Assembly: GCA_049591295.1 (NCBI GenBank)
Contig: JBAWEQ010000230.1
Span: 2,882 to 66,881, forward strand
Reading direction: 5' to 3'
Length of the DNA stretch: 64,000 bases
Origin: Acidobacteriota bacterium
Lineage (GTDB): Bacteria; Acidobacteriota; UBA4820; DSQY01
In this document: piece after piece, positions 49,198 through 57,953 of the stretch
How the letters are laid out: each line of letters begins with the position of its first letter
Position numbering within the stretch: the first letter of the stretch is position 1
The notes under the pieces: model-generated
Told to the model about the DNA's origin: nothing
Databases searched by the model: none
The model's input: the letters and a program-made list of their open reading frames with translations, nothing else
Made by a program: the position numbers and the translations under genes

Positions 49198-49416
49198 GGC
49201 CTTCAGAGCGACAAGAAGACTCTGCAGGGAAATGTTCAGCCGTGGCGCTGTGACCTCTGCGGGGAACCCTTCGACCCCGGTCTCGACGCCATCTGCATCC
49301 GCTGCGGCCGCCTCTGCTGCCCCGAGCACCGGGCCACGGGACGCCATCCCGGAAGCCCGGGCCTTTGCACGGAGTGCGCGGCCGCCGCCTCGCGGCTGGG
49401 GGATGAAGGCCAGTGA
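49198..49416 (+). CDS. Small Cys-rich zinc-ribbon-like protein (hypothetical)
   Basis: GTG at 49198 with GGGAGG 8 nt upstream; CDLCG...CIRCGRLCCPEH...CTEC motif; stop overlaps the EamA GTG (GTGA). Confidence 0.45.
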   Translation, partial: GLQSDKKTLQGNVQPWRCDLCGEPFDPGLDAICIRCGRLCCPEHRATGRHPGSPGLCTECAAAASRLGDEGQ

Positions 49417-50312
49417 CGGGGACCGACCGGCGTACCGTGAGCATCCTGGCCGTGGGCCTGGCCTCGCTCTCCTTCGCCGCCATCCTCGTTCGCTACTGCA
49501 ACGCGCCGGCCCCGGTCATCGCCTTCTGGCGCATGGGTCTGGCCACGCTCATCCTCACGCCGGTGCTCCTCGGAAGGTTGCGCCGGGAGCCCTGGAGACC
49601 GGCACTCCAGGCGCGGCTCCTGCCCTACACGCTGGGTGCCGGGGCCCTGCTGGCCATCCACTTCGCCACCTGGATCGCCTCGGTGCAGCTCACGACGGTG
49701 GCCTCTTCGCTCATCCTCATGTCGGCGCAGCCGGTGTGGGCGGGACTGCTGGGCTACCTCTTCCTGCGCGAACCCGTGCCGAGGCGGGGGCTTCTCGCCA
49801 TCGTCCTGGCCATGGCCGGTGTTGCCGTCATCGCCTGGGGCGACCTGGGTCGCGGGCCGGCCGGACTGGCGGGGGACGGCCTCGCGCTGGTCTCGGGGAT
49901 TGCCGTGGCCGGTTATCTCACGGTGGGGCGCCACCTGCGCCTAAAGCTGCCGCTCACACACTACTTGGTGGCGGTCTACGGGGTCTCGGCCATGGTCCTG
50001 GGGCTGCTCGTGTTGGGTTCGGGGGAGCGGTTCACCGGCTACGACGACCGGACGTGGCTGATGCTCGGGCTCTTGGCCCTCCTGCCCTCGGTGGTGGGCC
50101 ATTCCCTGGTGAACTACGCCATCCGGCACATCGAATCGTACCGGGTGAACCTGTCCATCCTGGTGGAGCCCGTGGTCTCCACGATCCTGGCGGCCATCCT
50201 CTTCGGGGAGATCCCGGGGACTAGGTTCTACCTGGGGGCCGGGTGCGTGGTGGCCGGCGTGGTGCTCGCCCTGTGGCTGCCGTCGGGCTGGTCGTTGGCC
50301 CGCCCGAAGTGA
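49413..50312 (+). CDS. DMT superfamily (EamA-type) transporter
   Basis: About 10 TM segments in two EamA halves; 299 aa. Confidence 0.85.
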   Translation: MTGTDRRTVSILAVGLASLSFAAILVRYCNAPAPVIAFWRMGLATLILTPVLLGRLRREPWRPALQARLLPYTLGAGALLAIHFATWIASVQLTTVASSLILMSAQPVWAGLLGYLFLREPVPRRGLLAIVLAMAGVAVIAWGDLGRGPAGLAGDGLALVSGIAVAGYLTVGRHLRLKLPLTHYLVAVYGVSAMVLGLLVLGSGERFTGYDDRTWLMLGLLALLPSVVGHSLVNYAIRHIESYRVNLSILVEPVVSTILAAILFGEIPGTRFYLGAGCVVAGVVLALWLPSGWSLARPK

Positions 50313-50400
50313 GGCCTCAAGAGGGGGATTTCTCCGCGAGGGTCTTGACGGCCTGGAGCACCTGCTCGTCGTGGCCCTTCACCGTGACGTTCCGCCAGAT

Positions 50401-50904
50401 CTAGCACACGATGCCGTTGGCGTCGATGAGAAAGGTGGAGCGGTTCACGCCCAGCGCCGTCCTCCCGAAGAGGCTGTGCGCCTTCCACGCGCCGTAGAGG
50501 CTGATGATCTTGCCTTCGGGATCGGAGACGAGCGTGAAGTTCAGGTGGTGCTTCCGGATGAACTCGTCGTGGGAGGCCATGGAATCCTTGCTGACCCCGA
50601 TGACCACGGCGCCCAGCTTCCGCAAGGCCGAATCGGTGTCCCTGAAGGAACAGGCCTCGCGCGTGCAGTAGGGGGTCTCGTCCTTGGGGTAGATGTAGAG
50701 GACCACGATCCTGCCCCTGAAGTCGTGCAGGCTGATGGTGCCTCCGGTGCTCGCGGGGGCCGTGAAATCGGGCGCCTTCGCACCGACCACGATGGGTGGA
50801 TACGCCATTTCGCTCTCCTTCGCTCCAGCGGGAGTGATCGCCCACGGGCCGGAGAGGGCGACGAGTCCAAGCAGGGCCAGTCCCAGCAAAGGTTCCGCTC
50901 GCAT
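50401..50904 (-). CDS. bcp: Secreted peroxiredoxin Bcp (AhpC/TSA family), cut short by an in-frame TAG; conserved C-terminus continues in frame to 50317
   Basis: Start at ATG 50904 (AGGAGGG 5 nt upstream) followed by a signal peptide. CP-x4-CR motif TPYCTREAC. ORF ends ..FLIDANGIVC at TAG 50401-50403. The next 27 in-frame codons read IWRNVTVKGHDEQVLQAVKTLAEKSPS*, matching the usual Bcp C-terminus. Confidence 0.7.
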   Translation of the reverse strand: MRAEPLLGLALLGLVALSGPWAITPAGAKESEMAYPPIVVGAKAPDFTAPASTGGTISLHDFRGRIVVLYIYPKDETPYCTREACSFRDTDSALRKLGAVVIGVSKDSMASHDEFIRKHHLNFTLVSDPEGKIISLYGAWKAHSLFGRTALGVNRSTFLIDANGIVC

Positions 50905-51038
50905 GCTTCCCTCCTGTGGCGCGGCCTGCGCCCTATAGGGAAAAACAACAACGGAGGGCCGCCGCCATTCCCACGCGGCTACCTTCCGCCCCTCCGGCGA
51001 GTCTCCCTCCGGCACCCGCTGGGGCAATTACTGATCCG

Positions 51039-51066
51039 AGAGGGAAGGGGTTGGCCCCTTCCCTCT
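51039..51066. other. Perfect 12-bp hairpin (AGAGGGAAGGGG-TTGG-CCCCTTCCCTCT) in the bcp / malic-enzyme divergent intergenic region
   Basis: Direct inspection; further palindromes nearby (gcccaccgtggtgggc; cccccgccttcgcggggg). No flanking U-run. Confidence 0.4.
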
Positions 51067-51319
51067 TGGCGCTCGGCTGGGCAAAGCCCACCGTGGTGGG
51101 CTGGTTTCGCAAGCAGGCCCCCCCGCCTTCGCGGGGGCAGGCTCAGGCTTCGGCCTCGCTGCTCTCCCATCCCCACTTCGAAGCTGCCCTTTGCAGAGAG
51201 TCAACCATGCTGGTGTCGGAGTAGTATCACAAGGGCGTCGGCGGGGAGTGGGGCCATCCCCGCCTCAAGGGCCAGATTTGGTTCTATACTGCCACCCCTG
51301 CTAGGGAGGAGGAATCCCG

Positions 51320-53050
51320 ATGAAAACGTTCGAATTCAAAATAGACCCTCTCACGAGCGAAGAGTATTACGAGGTCTATCTCCGCGGACGCCAACTGCTC
51401 AACGATCCCCACCTCAACAAGGCCTCGGCCTTCACTCCCGAGGAGCGCATGAGCCTGGGCCTGACCGGGCTGCTGCGGAGCGGTATCTCCACTCTCGAAA
51501 GCCAGGTCCAGCGGAGCCTCGAGGCCTTCAAGCGGAAGCCTGACGATCTGGAGCGCTACATCTTCCTCATCGGGATGCAGGACAGGAGCGAGCCCCTCTT
51601 CTACAAGCTGCTGGTGGAGAACCTGGAGGAGATGGTGCCCATCGTCTACACCCCCACGGTGGGGCAGGCGTGCCTCCAGATGAGCCACATCGTGCGGCGC
51701 TTCAGGGGGCTCTACATCGATCCCGACAACATCGCCGACATCGACCAGATCTTCCAGAACATCGCCCTTCCCCACGTCTACCTCATCGTCGTGACGGACG
51801 GGGAGCGGATCCTGGGGCTGGGCGACCTGGGGTCGGACGGCATGGGCATTCCGGTGGGGAAGGTGAGCCTCTACGTCGCGGCTGGGGGGCTGCATCCCTC
51901 GGTCTGCCTTCCGATCTGCCTGGATGTGGGCACCAACAACGAACGCCTCCTGAAGGATCCCCTCTACCTAGGCTATCGCAAGCCGCGCCTCACGGGCTCC
52001 GCCTACGAAGAGATGGTGGAGAAATTCGTGCTGGGCGTCCGCCGCAATTTCCCCGATGCCCTTCTGCAGTGGGAGGACTTCGCCAAGCACACCGCCTTCA
52101 AGAACCTGGAGCGCTATCGCGACCGCATCCTCTCCTTCAACGACGACATCCAGGGTACCGGCGCCACGGCCCTGGGGGCGCTCATCACCGCCATGCGGAT
52201 CAAGGGCAGCCGGTTTTCCGATCAGCGCTTCCTCATCGTGGGCATGGGCCAGGCCGGCGTCGGCAATGCCATGAACATCCGCACGGCGCTCCGGGAGGAG
52301 GGGCTGTCCGAGAAGGAGATCCAGGCGAGAATCTTCGTGGTGGACGTGCAGGGGCTCCTGATGGAGGACGATCCCAAGCTGGAGGATCCGCAGCGCCCCT
52401 TCGCCCAGCCTCGGACCGCCATAGAAGGGTGGACGCTGGAATCGTCCGACCGGGTCGGTCTTGAGGATGTGATCCGCAATGCCCGTCCCACCGTACTGAT
52501 CGGCGTCACTGCCAAGCGAGGTCTTTTCAGTGAATCCATCCTGAGGCAGGTGGCGAAGAACACGGACCGTCCGGTGATTCTCGCCCTTTCCAACCCGACG
52601 GCGAAAACCGAGTGCACTCCCGAGGAGGTGGCCAAGGCCACGGGCGGGAAGGGACTGCTCGCCACGGGGAGCCCCTTCAAGCCCCTGAACTGGGACGGCC
52701 GTCAGATCATGACCTCCCAGTGCAACAACCTCTACATGTTCCCCGGAGTGGGCCTCGGCGCCCTGGTGGGCCACGCCGCCAAGGTGACGGACGCCATGTT
52801 CCTGACCGCCAGCAAGACCCTGAGCGACATGGTTACACCGGAGCAGAGGGAGGCCGGCCTGCTCCTGCCGCCCATGGCGGACATCCGGGCCGTTTCGCGC
52901 CGGGTCGCCGTGGCGGTGGCCCGGGAGGCGAGGGACTCGGGACTCGGGCGTCTGGTGGACGACGAGCAACTGGAGCACCTGGTAGCCAAGGCCCAGTGGA
53001 CTCCCCACTTCGCGTCCTACCGGCCTGGGCCCGTGCGCGGCGGGGGTTGA
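51320..53050 (+). CDS. NAD(P)-dependent malic enzyme (large eukaryotic-like form)
   Basis: 576 aa; FNDDIQGTGA and GMGQAGVG dinucleotide motifs; GGGAGGAGG RBS. Confidence 0.9.
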   Translation: MKTFEFKIDPLTSEEYYEVYLRGRQLLNDPHLNKASAFTPEERMSLGLTGLLRSGISTLESQVQRSLEAFKRKPDDLERYIFLIGMQDRSEPLFYKLLVENLEEMVPIVYTPTVGQACLQMSHIVRRFRGLYIDPDNIADIDQIFQNIALPHVYLIVVTDGERILGLGDLGSDGMGIPVGKVSLYVAAGGLHPSVCLPICLDVGTNNERLLKDPLYLGYRKPRLTGSAYEEMVEKFVLGVRRNFPDALLQWEDFAKHTAFKNLERYRDRILSFNDDIQGTGATALGALITAMRIKGSRFSDQRFLIVGMGQAGVGNAMNIRTALREEGLSEKEIQARIFVVDVQGLLMEDDPKLEDPQRPFAQPRTAIEGWTLESSDRVGLEDVIRNARPTVLIGVTAKRGLFSESILRQVAKNTDRPVILALSNPTAKTECTPEEVAKATGGKGLLATGSPFKPLNWDGRQIMTSQCNNLYMFPGVGLGALVGHAAKVTDAMFLTASKTLSDMVTPEQREAGLLLPPMADIRAVSRRVAVAVAREARDSGLGRLVDDEQLEHLVAKAQWTPHFASYRPGPVRGGG

Positions 53051-53103
53051 TCGAGAGCGGACGGGACCACCGGCCCGGTGGCGCGGCCGGGAGCTCTTGC
53101 GGC

Positions 53104-53700
53104 CTAGGGCTCGCCCGCCAGGAGGGCGTGCCATTCTTCCTGGTTGTTCACATTGGTCAGCGAGCGCGGGTCGCAGCCGCCGGCTTCGGCCCCCTCCTCG
53201 TCCACCAGGTCGGCATTCAGGGCGGATAGCAGGTGGTGGGCCGTGGCATCGCCTGAGCGAAGCGCGCTCTCCACGAAGGGCCAAGCGGTCTTTGGATAAC
53301 AGGCGGGAAGGGGATGGACCCTTCCGTTCACGAAGGGTGCGCAGGGCCGGCCCGTCTTCATGCAGCGCCCGACCAAGAGGTCCAGCCATTGGAATGTGAG
53401 GAGGGGAGTGTCCACGGCGACGCAGAGGACCTCGGAGAAGGAGGCCCCGATCAGCGCGGCGTGGATCCCCCCCAGCACGCCCATGCCGGGAATCCGGTCG
53501 GGCACCCGGGGCACCCTCAGTTCGACGGGAAACGGCTCGGGCGCCACCACGAAGACCTCACCGCAAACCTCCCCCAGAAGGAACAGGGCGCGATCCAGGA
53601 GGGTCAGGCCGTCAAGGACCAGCAACCGTTTGTCCTGGCCCATTCTCCGAGAGCGCCCTCCGGCGATGAGGGCGCCCGTCGCTTCAGGGTTTCTGGGCAT
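53104..53700 (-). CDS. mobA: Molybdenum cofactor guanylyltransferase MobA
   Basis: N-terminal LIAGGRSRRMG.DK motif, ~198 aa. Confidence 0.8.
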   Translation of the reverse strand: MPRNPEATGALIAGGRSRRMGQDKRLLVLDGLTLLDRALFLLGEVCGEVFVVAPEPFPVELRVPRVPDRIPGMGVLGGIHAALIGASFSEVLCVAVDTPLLTFQWLDLLVGRCMKTGRPCAPFVNGRVHPLPACYPKTAWPFVESALRSGDATAHHLLSALNADLVDEEGAEAGGCDPRSLTNVNNQEEWHALLAGEP

Positions 53701-53817
53701 GATCGAGCTCCTGGGCCCGGAAGGGTGCGGGCGCCCCGGGGACGCGATAACTCCCCCTTGGCAATTTGGGGCACGGTTCCTAAGCTGACCAGCCCGGGCT
53801 CTTCAGCCTGAAGGGGG

Positions 53818-53917
53818 CCCCTTCGCCGCGCCGCCTCAGGTGGGCAGGGCCTGGGCCGCGAGTTCGAGGACGTCGTGGGTGGCGAATTCCTCATGCCCCG
53901 TCTCGCCGGCGGCGTCG
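53818..53917. repeat. Diverged (~93% identical) ~100-nt direct repeat of the 3' end of the downstream Fe-S oxidoreductase gene; partner copy at 54052-54151
   Basis: Direct alignment shows about 6-7 mismatches over 100 nt. The relic copy still reads as a gene end (..RDAAGETGHEEFATHDVLELAAQALPT*) on the minus strand but has no upstream gene body. GC hairpins at 53965-53984 and 54023-54048 lie between the copies. Confidence 0.75.
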
Positions 53918-54068
53918 CGCGGGGCGCTCCTCAAGGAGGGGCTCGGCCGCCCCTCCTCGACGCTCCCCCCGCTTTGGCGGGGGGAGCTGCTCCTCCGTGC
54001 CCTCGCGTGGGGATGCCTCTGAGCGGGGGAACCTTCCCGTTCCCCCGCACCCCCTTCGCCGCGCCGCC

Positions 54069-56108
54069 TCAGCTGGGCAGGGCCTGGGCCGCGAGTTCGA
54101 GGACGTCGTGGGTAGCGAACCCCTCATGCCCCGTCTCACCGGCGGCGTTGTTCATCATGACGTTGCAGAAGGGGCAGGCGACGGCCACGCCCTGCGCTTT
54201 GGTTTCGAGGGCCTGCTCCAGGCGCAGGTGGTTGACCCGCTTCCCGAGCTTTTCCTCCAGCCACATTCGCCCGCCGCCGGCTCCGCAGCACATGGCGTTC
54301 TTCCCGCTGTGGTCCATCTCCGTGAGGCTCAGGCCGGGAATGGCCTTCAGGATGGCCCTTGGGGCTTCGACCTGGTCGTTGTACCGGCCGAGGTAGCAGG
54401 GGTCGTGGTAGGTCAGGCTCTCGCGCACCTCTTGGGTGAGCTTCAGGCGGCCCTCCGCCACCAGGCGGGCCACCAGCTCCGTTCCGTGGACCACCTCGTA
54501 GTGGCCGCCGAATGAGGGGTACTCGTTCTTGAGGGTGTTCAGGCAGTGGGGGCAGTTGGTGACGATCTTCTTGACCTTGTATCCGTTGAGGGTCTCGATG
54601 TTGGTCTCGGCCAGGGTTTGGAAGAGGTACTCGTTGCCCAGCCGTCGGGCCGAGTCGCCCGTGCAAGTCTCCTCCTCGCCCAGGATGGCGAACTTGATCC
54701 CCGCCGCGCGGAGTAGCTTGACCAGGGCCACGGAGACCTTCTTGCCCCTGTCCTCGTAGGAGCCGGCGCATCCCACCCAGAACAGGAATTCGGCGTCCGG
54801 TTCCTCCGCCATGGTGGGAACCTCGAGGCCCTCGGCCCACTTGGCGCGGTCGGCCTGGGCCATGTTCCACGGGTTGCCCTGGCGCTCCATGCCCTTGAAG
54901 CCCACCTGGGCCTCCGCCGGGAAATTGCTCTCCTCCAGGGTGAGGTAGCGCCGCATGCCCACGAGCTTGTCCACGAACGTGATGTGGAGCGGACAGGCGT
55001 GTTCGCAATAGCCGCAGGTGGTGCAGGCCCAGATCGTGTCCTCGCTGATGCAGCCGCCGAGCTGCTCTTGCGTCCAGGGCGGGTGCTCCTCCTTCCGCTG
55101 CCACACGGAGCCCGCCGGCACCGGCCCGCCGATGACGAGGCGGTTCTCCGGCACGGCCTTGTCCTGGGCCATGTCCGCCAGGGGGGTGTCGTACAGGTAG
55201 TCCCGCAGGTCGTTGCCGTAATTCTTGGGGCGGAGAGGTTTGCCCGTGAGCGTGGTGGGACATACCTCGGTGCAGCGCCCGCATTCGGTGCAGGTGTAGA
55301 AATCCAGCATCTGCTTCCAGGTGAAGTCCTGGATCTTGTTGACGCCGAAGTGCTCGGCCTCGAGGTTCATGGGCTTGATGTTCCTGGTCGGTTCGAGTTC
55401 CCGGAAGTAGACGTTGAAGAGGGCGGTCAGGACGTGGAAGTGCTTGGAGTAGGGGAGGAAGTTCAGAAAGCCGAAGAGGATCACCAGGTGGAACCACCAC
55501 ATGGTGTGATAGAGCAGAGAGAGGGAGGAGCTGCCCATGCCCCCGAGAAGGGCCGCCACGAATTCACCCGCAGGGGACCAGGCAGCCCAGGCGGGGTTGT
55601 GTAGCGCGATGAAGGCGCCGTCGGCCAGCAGGTCCGTCACCATGAGGCCGCCGATGAGCGAGAGGGTGGCCCACGCATCCCAGGAGTTCTCCAGCCGGTC
55701 GGGAGGGAAAAAGAGCCGCCGGGCGGAGGCCATGAGGATCCCCAGGATCACCAGCACCTCGAAGATGTCCTTGGTGACCTGGTAGCCCAGGCCCCAGAAG
55801 CCCATCATCTCGGTCAGGTGAAAGGAGGGGAAGAGGCCTTCGGCCACCAGCGACAGCGACCGCAGCGCCAGGACCATGAAGCCCCAGAAGATCAGGAGGT
55901 GGAAGAAGCCGGCGTACCGGTCGCGCACCATGCGCTTCTGGACGAAGGCATACAGGATGAGGCCCTTCAGCCTTTCCCAGGGCCTGTCGAAGCGGTTGTC
56001 CGGGAGCCCGGCCATGAGGGCGCCGATCCGAACCCGCGCCGTGTTGGCGAAGAGCGCCAGTGATCCGATGACGAACGCCCAAAAGAGCCAGGTTTCCACT
56101 GGGTGCAT
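54069..56108 (-). CDS. Membrane-anchored (Fe-S)-binding oxidoreductase, HdrD/DsrK-like (NarI-like TM domain + 4Fe-4S ferredoxin + CCG domains)
   Basis: N-terminal ~5 TM helices with His residues; CTECGRCTEVCP and CTTCGYCEHACP ferredoxin motifs; two CCG Cys-rich repeats. Start at ATG 56108 (GGAGG RBS); the longer ORF-track N-terminus is rejected. Confidence 0.8.
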   Translation of the reverse strand: MHPVETWLFWAFVIGSLALFANTARVRIGALMAGLPDNRFDRPWERLKGLILYAFVQKRMVRDRYAGFFHLLIFWGFMVLALRSLSLVAEGLFPSFHLTEMMGFWGLGYQVTKDIFEVLVILGILMASARRLFFPPDRLENSWDAWATLSLIGGLMVTDLLADGAFIALHNPAWAAWSPAGEFVAALLGGMGSSSLSLLYHTMWWFHLVILFGFLNFLPYSKHFHVLTALFNVYFRELEPTRNIKPMNLEAEHFGVNKIQDFTWKQMLDFYTCTECGRCTEVCPTTLTGKPLRPKNYGNDLRDYLYDTPLADMAQDKAVPENRLVIGGPVPAGSVWQRKEEHPPWTQEQLGGCISEDTIWACTTCGYCEHACPLHITFVDKLVGMRRYLTLEESNFPAEAQVGFKGMERQGNPWNMAQADRAKWAEGLEVPTMAEEPDAEFLFWVGCAGSYEDRGKKVSVALVKLLRAAGIKFAILGEEETCTGDSARRLGNEYLFQTLAETNIETLNGYKVKKIVTNCPHCLNTLKNEYPSFGGHYEVVHGTELVARLVAEGRLKLTQEVRESLTYHDPCYLGRYNDQVEAPRAILKAIPGLSLTEMDHSGKNAMCCGAGGGRMWLEEKLGKRVNHLRLEQALETKAQGVAVACPFCNVMMNNAAGETGHEGFATHDVLELAAQALPS

Positions 56109-56306
56109 GGGTAGATCCTCCCCCTTGAACGCGCCCCGCGCGCGGCTACTGGGTAGCATAGAGTCCCGGCGGCTCCCTGTCAATGTATTTGAATGCTCAT
56201 CCATGGCCGGTGTTCAGAGCCCATCCATCCGTGAAGCCAAAGCACTACATGGCTTCCGTTGGGTGGATTCCTCCGGCACTGGCCGCTTGTGGCAGTGAGC
56301 AACTGC

Positions 56307-57446
56307 TTACATTTGGGGGTTGGCGGGCGGCAGAAATCCGACCAGCCCAGCCTTCGCCAGCTTCTTGAAGGTCATGAGGGCCTGGATTTCCTGGAGGGGC
56401 GAGATGCGGATGATGGCCTGGACCGGGCTCACCCCGTTGATGCGGCTCAGGATGTAGTTCTCCTGCGGCGTGAAGGAGAGTTCGTTCAGCTCGTTCATGG
56501 AGCGCTGGAGGAAGGGAACGTGCTCGATCGTAAAGGTGTCCGAGACGAGCTGCTCCTTCATCTCCTTATAGGTCTTGGGAATCATGGTCTGCGCCAGGGC
56601 ATGTCCCGGGGATTGGAGCAGGACCTGCTTGAAGATCTCGATGGACTCCTCGTACCGGCCCGAGTTGAAAAGCTTGAGGCCCTGGTTGGCGAGGCCCCGG
56701 ACCTCCTCCTCCACCCGGACCTCGGAGCGCGGCGGAGGCGGCGGCACTTCGATCACCTCGATGATGCCCATCTGGACCATATCGAAGAGCGTCTTGCTCA
56801 CCGCGAAGTCGGAGGCGTGGAACATGAGACAGAGGTCCGATATCCTCCGCGGGACCTCCATCAACTGGATGACCCGGTTGTAGAGCGGGTCAGCCAGGAT
56901 GGCCCGGGTGAGGGCCTCTGGAATGATGCGGATGACCGCCTCCGAGGTGGGGAAGATGCGCCGGATTCTCTTCCACTCGTCGGAGCGCCGGGTGCCCTCC
57001 ATCAGCACGGAGGTCACGTCCATTTCGATGGGGACGTGGCTTTCCTGCGCCGGCGCGTCGTTGTAGAACTTGAATTCGCCTCCCTCCCACAGGAAGAGGT
57101 CGTAGATGGTCTCCTCCGCCTTGATCCGCAGGAAGCGCTGGACCTCCTCCTCCTCCAGGAGGCCGTCCTGCACGAGGATGCGCCCGAGCTTGGTGCCCGT
57201 CTCCCCCTGCTTGACGAAGGCCCGCATGAGGTCCTCTTCTCGAATCTTGCCGTAGGAGAGGAGGAGCTGCCCGAAGTACTCCCGGGGATCGTTGCTCGCC
57301 GAGGCCACGATCTTGCCGTCGCGGAAGTAGATCTCCTTCACGATCTCGCCGCGCTGGAGCAGCAGGATGCCCGTTCTCTGGCCGATAGCCAGCCACTGGA
57401 GGAGGTCGGGCAGGGGCATGGTGGCGAAATCGCCCTGGAAGCTCAT
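56307..57446 (-). CDS. DUF4388 domain-containing protein
   Basis: N-terminal GDF..MPLPDLLQWL signature typical of DUF4388 (PatA-like N-domain); 379 aa. Confidence 0.7.
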   Translation of the reverse strand: MSFQGDFATMPLPDLLQWLAIGQRTGILLLQRGEIVKEIYFRDGKIVASASNDPREYFGQLLLSYGKIREEDLMRAFVKQGETGTKLGRILVQDGLLEEEEVQRFLRIKAEETIYDLFLWEGGEFKFYNDAPAQESHVPIEMDVTSVLMEGTRRSDEWKRIRRIFPTSEAVIRIIPEALTRAILADPLYNRVIQLMEVPRRISDLCLMFHASDFAVSKTLFDMVQMGIIEVIEVPPPPPRSEVRVEEEVRGLANQGLKLFNSGRYEESIEIFKQVLLQSPGHALAQTMIPKTYKEMKEQLVSDTFTIEHVPFLQRSMNELNELSFTPQENYILSRINGVSPVQAIIRISPLQEIQALMTFKKLAKAGLVGFLPPANPQM

Positions 57447-57506
57447 GGTGGGATTCTACCGGCAAAGCTCTGGTGGGGGAAGGTGGGCGGGGAGAGGTCT
57501 GAGGAG

Positions 57507-57553
57507 GGGCCACAAGAGAAGGCGAAGGAGCCGGCGCGATGGACGCCGGCTCC
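57507..57553 (-). terminator. Intrinsic terminator after rplT (end of infC-rpmI-rplT operon)
   Basis: 10-bp stem GGAGCCGGCG/CGCCGGCUCC with a 7-nt loop at 57527-57553, followed on the minus strand by a U-rich run (UUCGCCUUCUCUUG); 20 nt after the rplT stop. Confidence 0.55.
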
Positions 57554-57572
57554 TTCAGCCCCCTCGAACTCT

Positions 57573-57929
57573 CTAGGCAATGGCCTTCTTGGCGCGTTCG
57601 ACCAGGCTGGCGAAGGCCTGGGGATCGGTGAGGGCCACGCCGGCGAGCGACTTCCTATCGAGGTTGAGGCCCGCTTTCTTGAGGCCATCCATGAAGCGGC
57701 TGTAGCTAATGCCGTTCTGGCGGCAACCCGCGTTGATGCGGACGATCCAAAGGCGGCGGAAATCGATCTTCTTGACCTTGCGGCCCGCGAAGGCGAAGAC
57801 CAGGGACCGCTCCACCTGCTCCTTGACGGAGCGGTAGAGGCGGCTCTTAGCGCCGAAGTAACCTTTGGCGATACCTTTCAGCTTTTTGCGGCGCTCAACT
57901 TTGTGATGGCCGCGGCGGACTCTGGGCAT
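57573..57929 (-). CDS. rplT: 50S ribosomal protein L20
   Basis: 118 aa with strong identity to the L20 consensus (..GYFGAKSRLYR...RRLWIVRINAGCRQNGISYS..). Confidence 0.95.
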   Translation of the reverse strand: MPRVRRGHHKVERRKKLKGIAKGYFGAKSRLYRSVKEQVERSLVFAFAGRKVKKIDFRRLWIVRINAGCRQNGISYSRFMDGLKKAGLNLDRKSLAGVALTDPQAFASLVERAKKAIA

Positions 57930-57953
57930 GATTCAACTCCTCGACGACTGAGC

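Noticed and set aside
50401-50403. TAG in bcp as a pyrrolysine codon or programmed readthrough
   Set aside because: Nothing in the window suggests Pyl machinery, and Bcp homologues have an ordinary K/R/H here. A nonsense mutation or sequencing error is more parsimonious. Kept as a finding only for the interruption itself.
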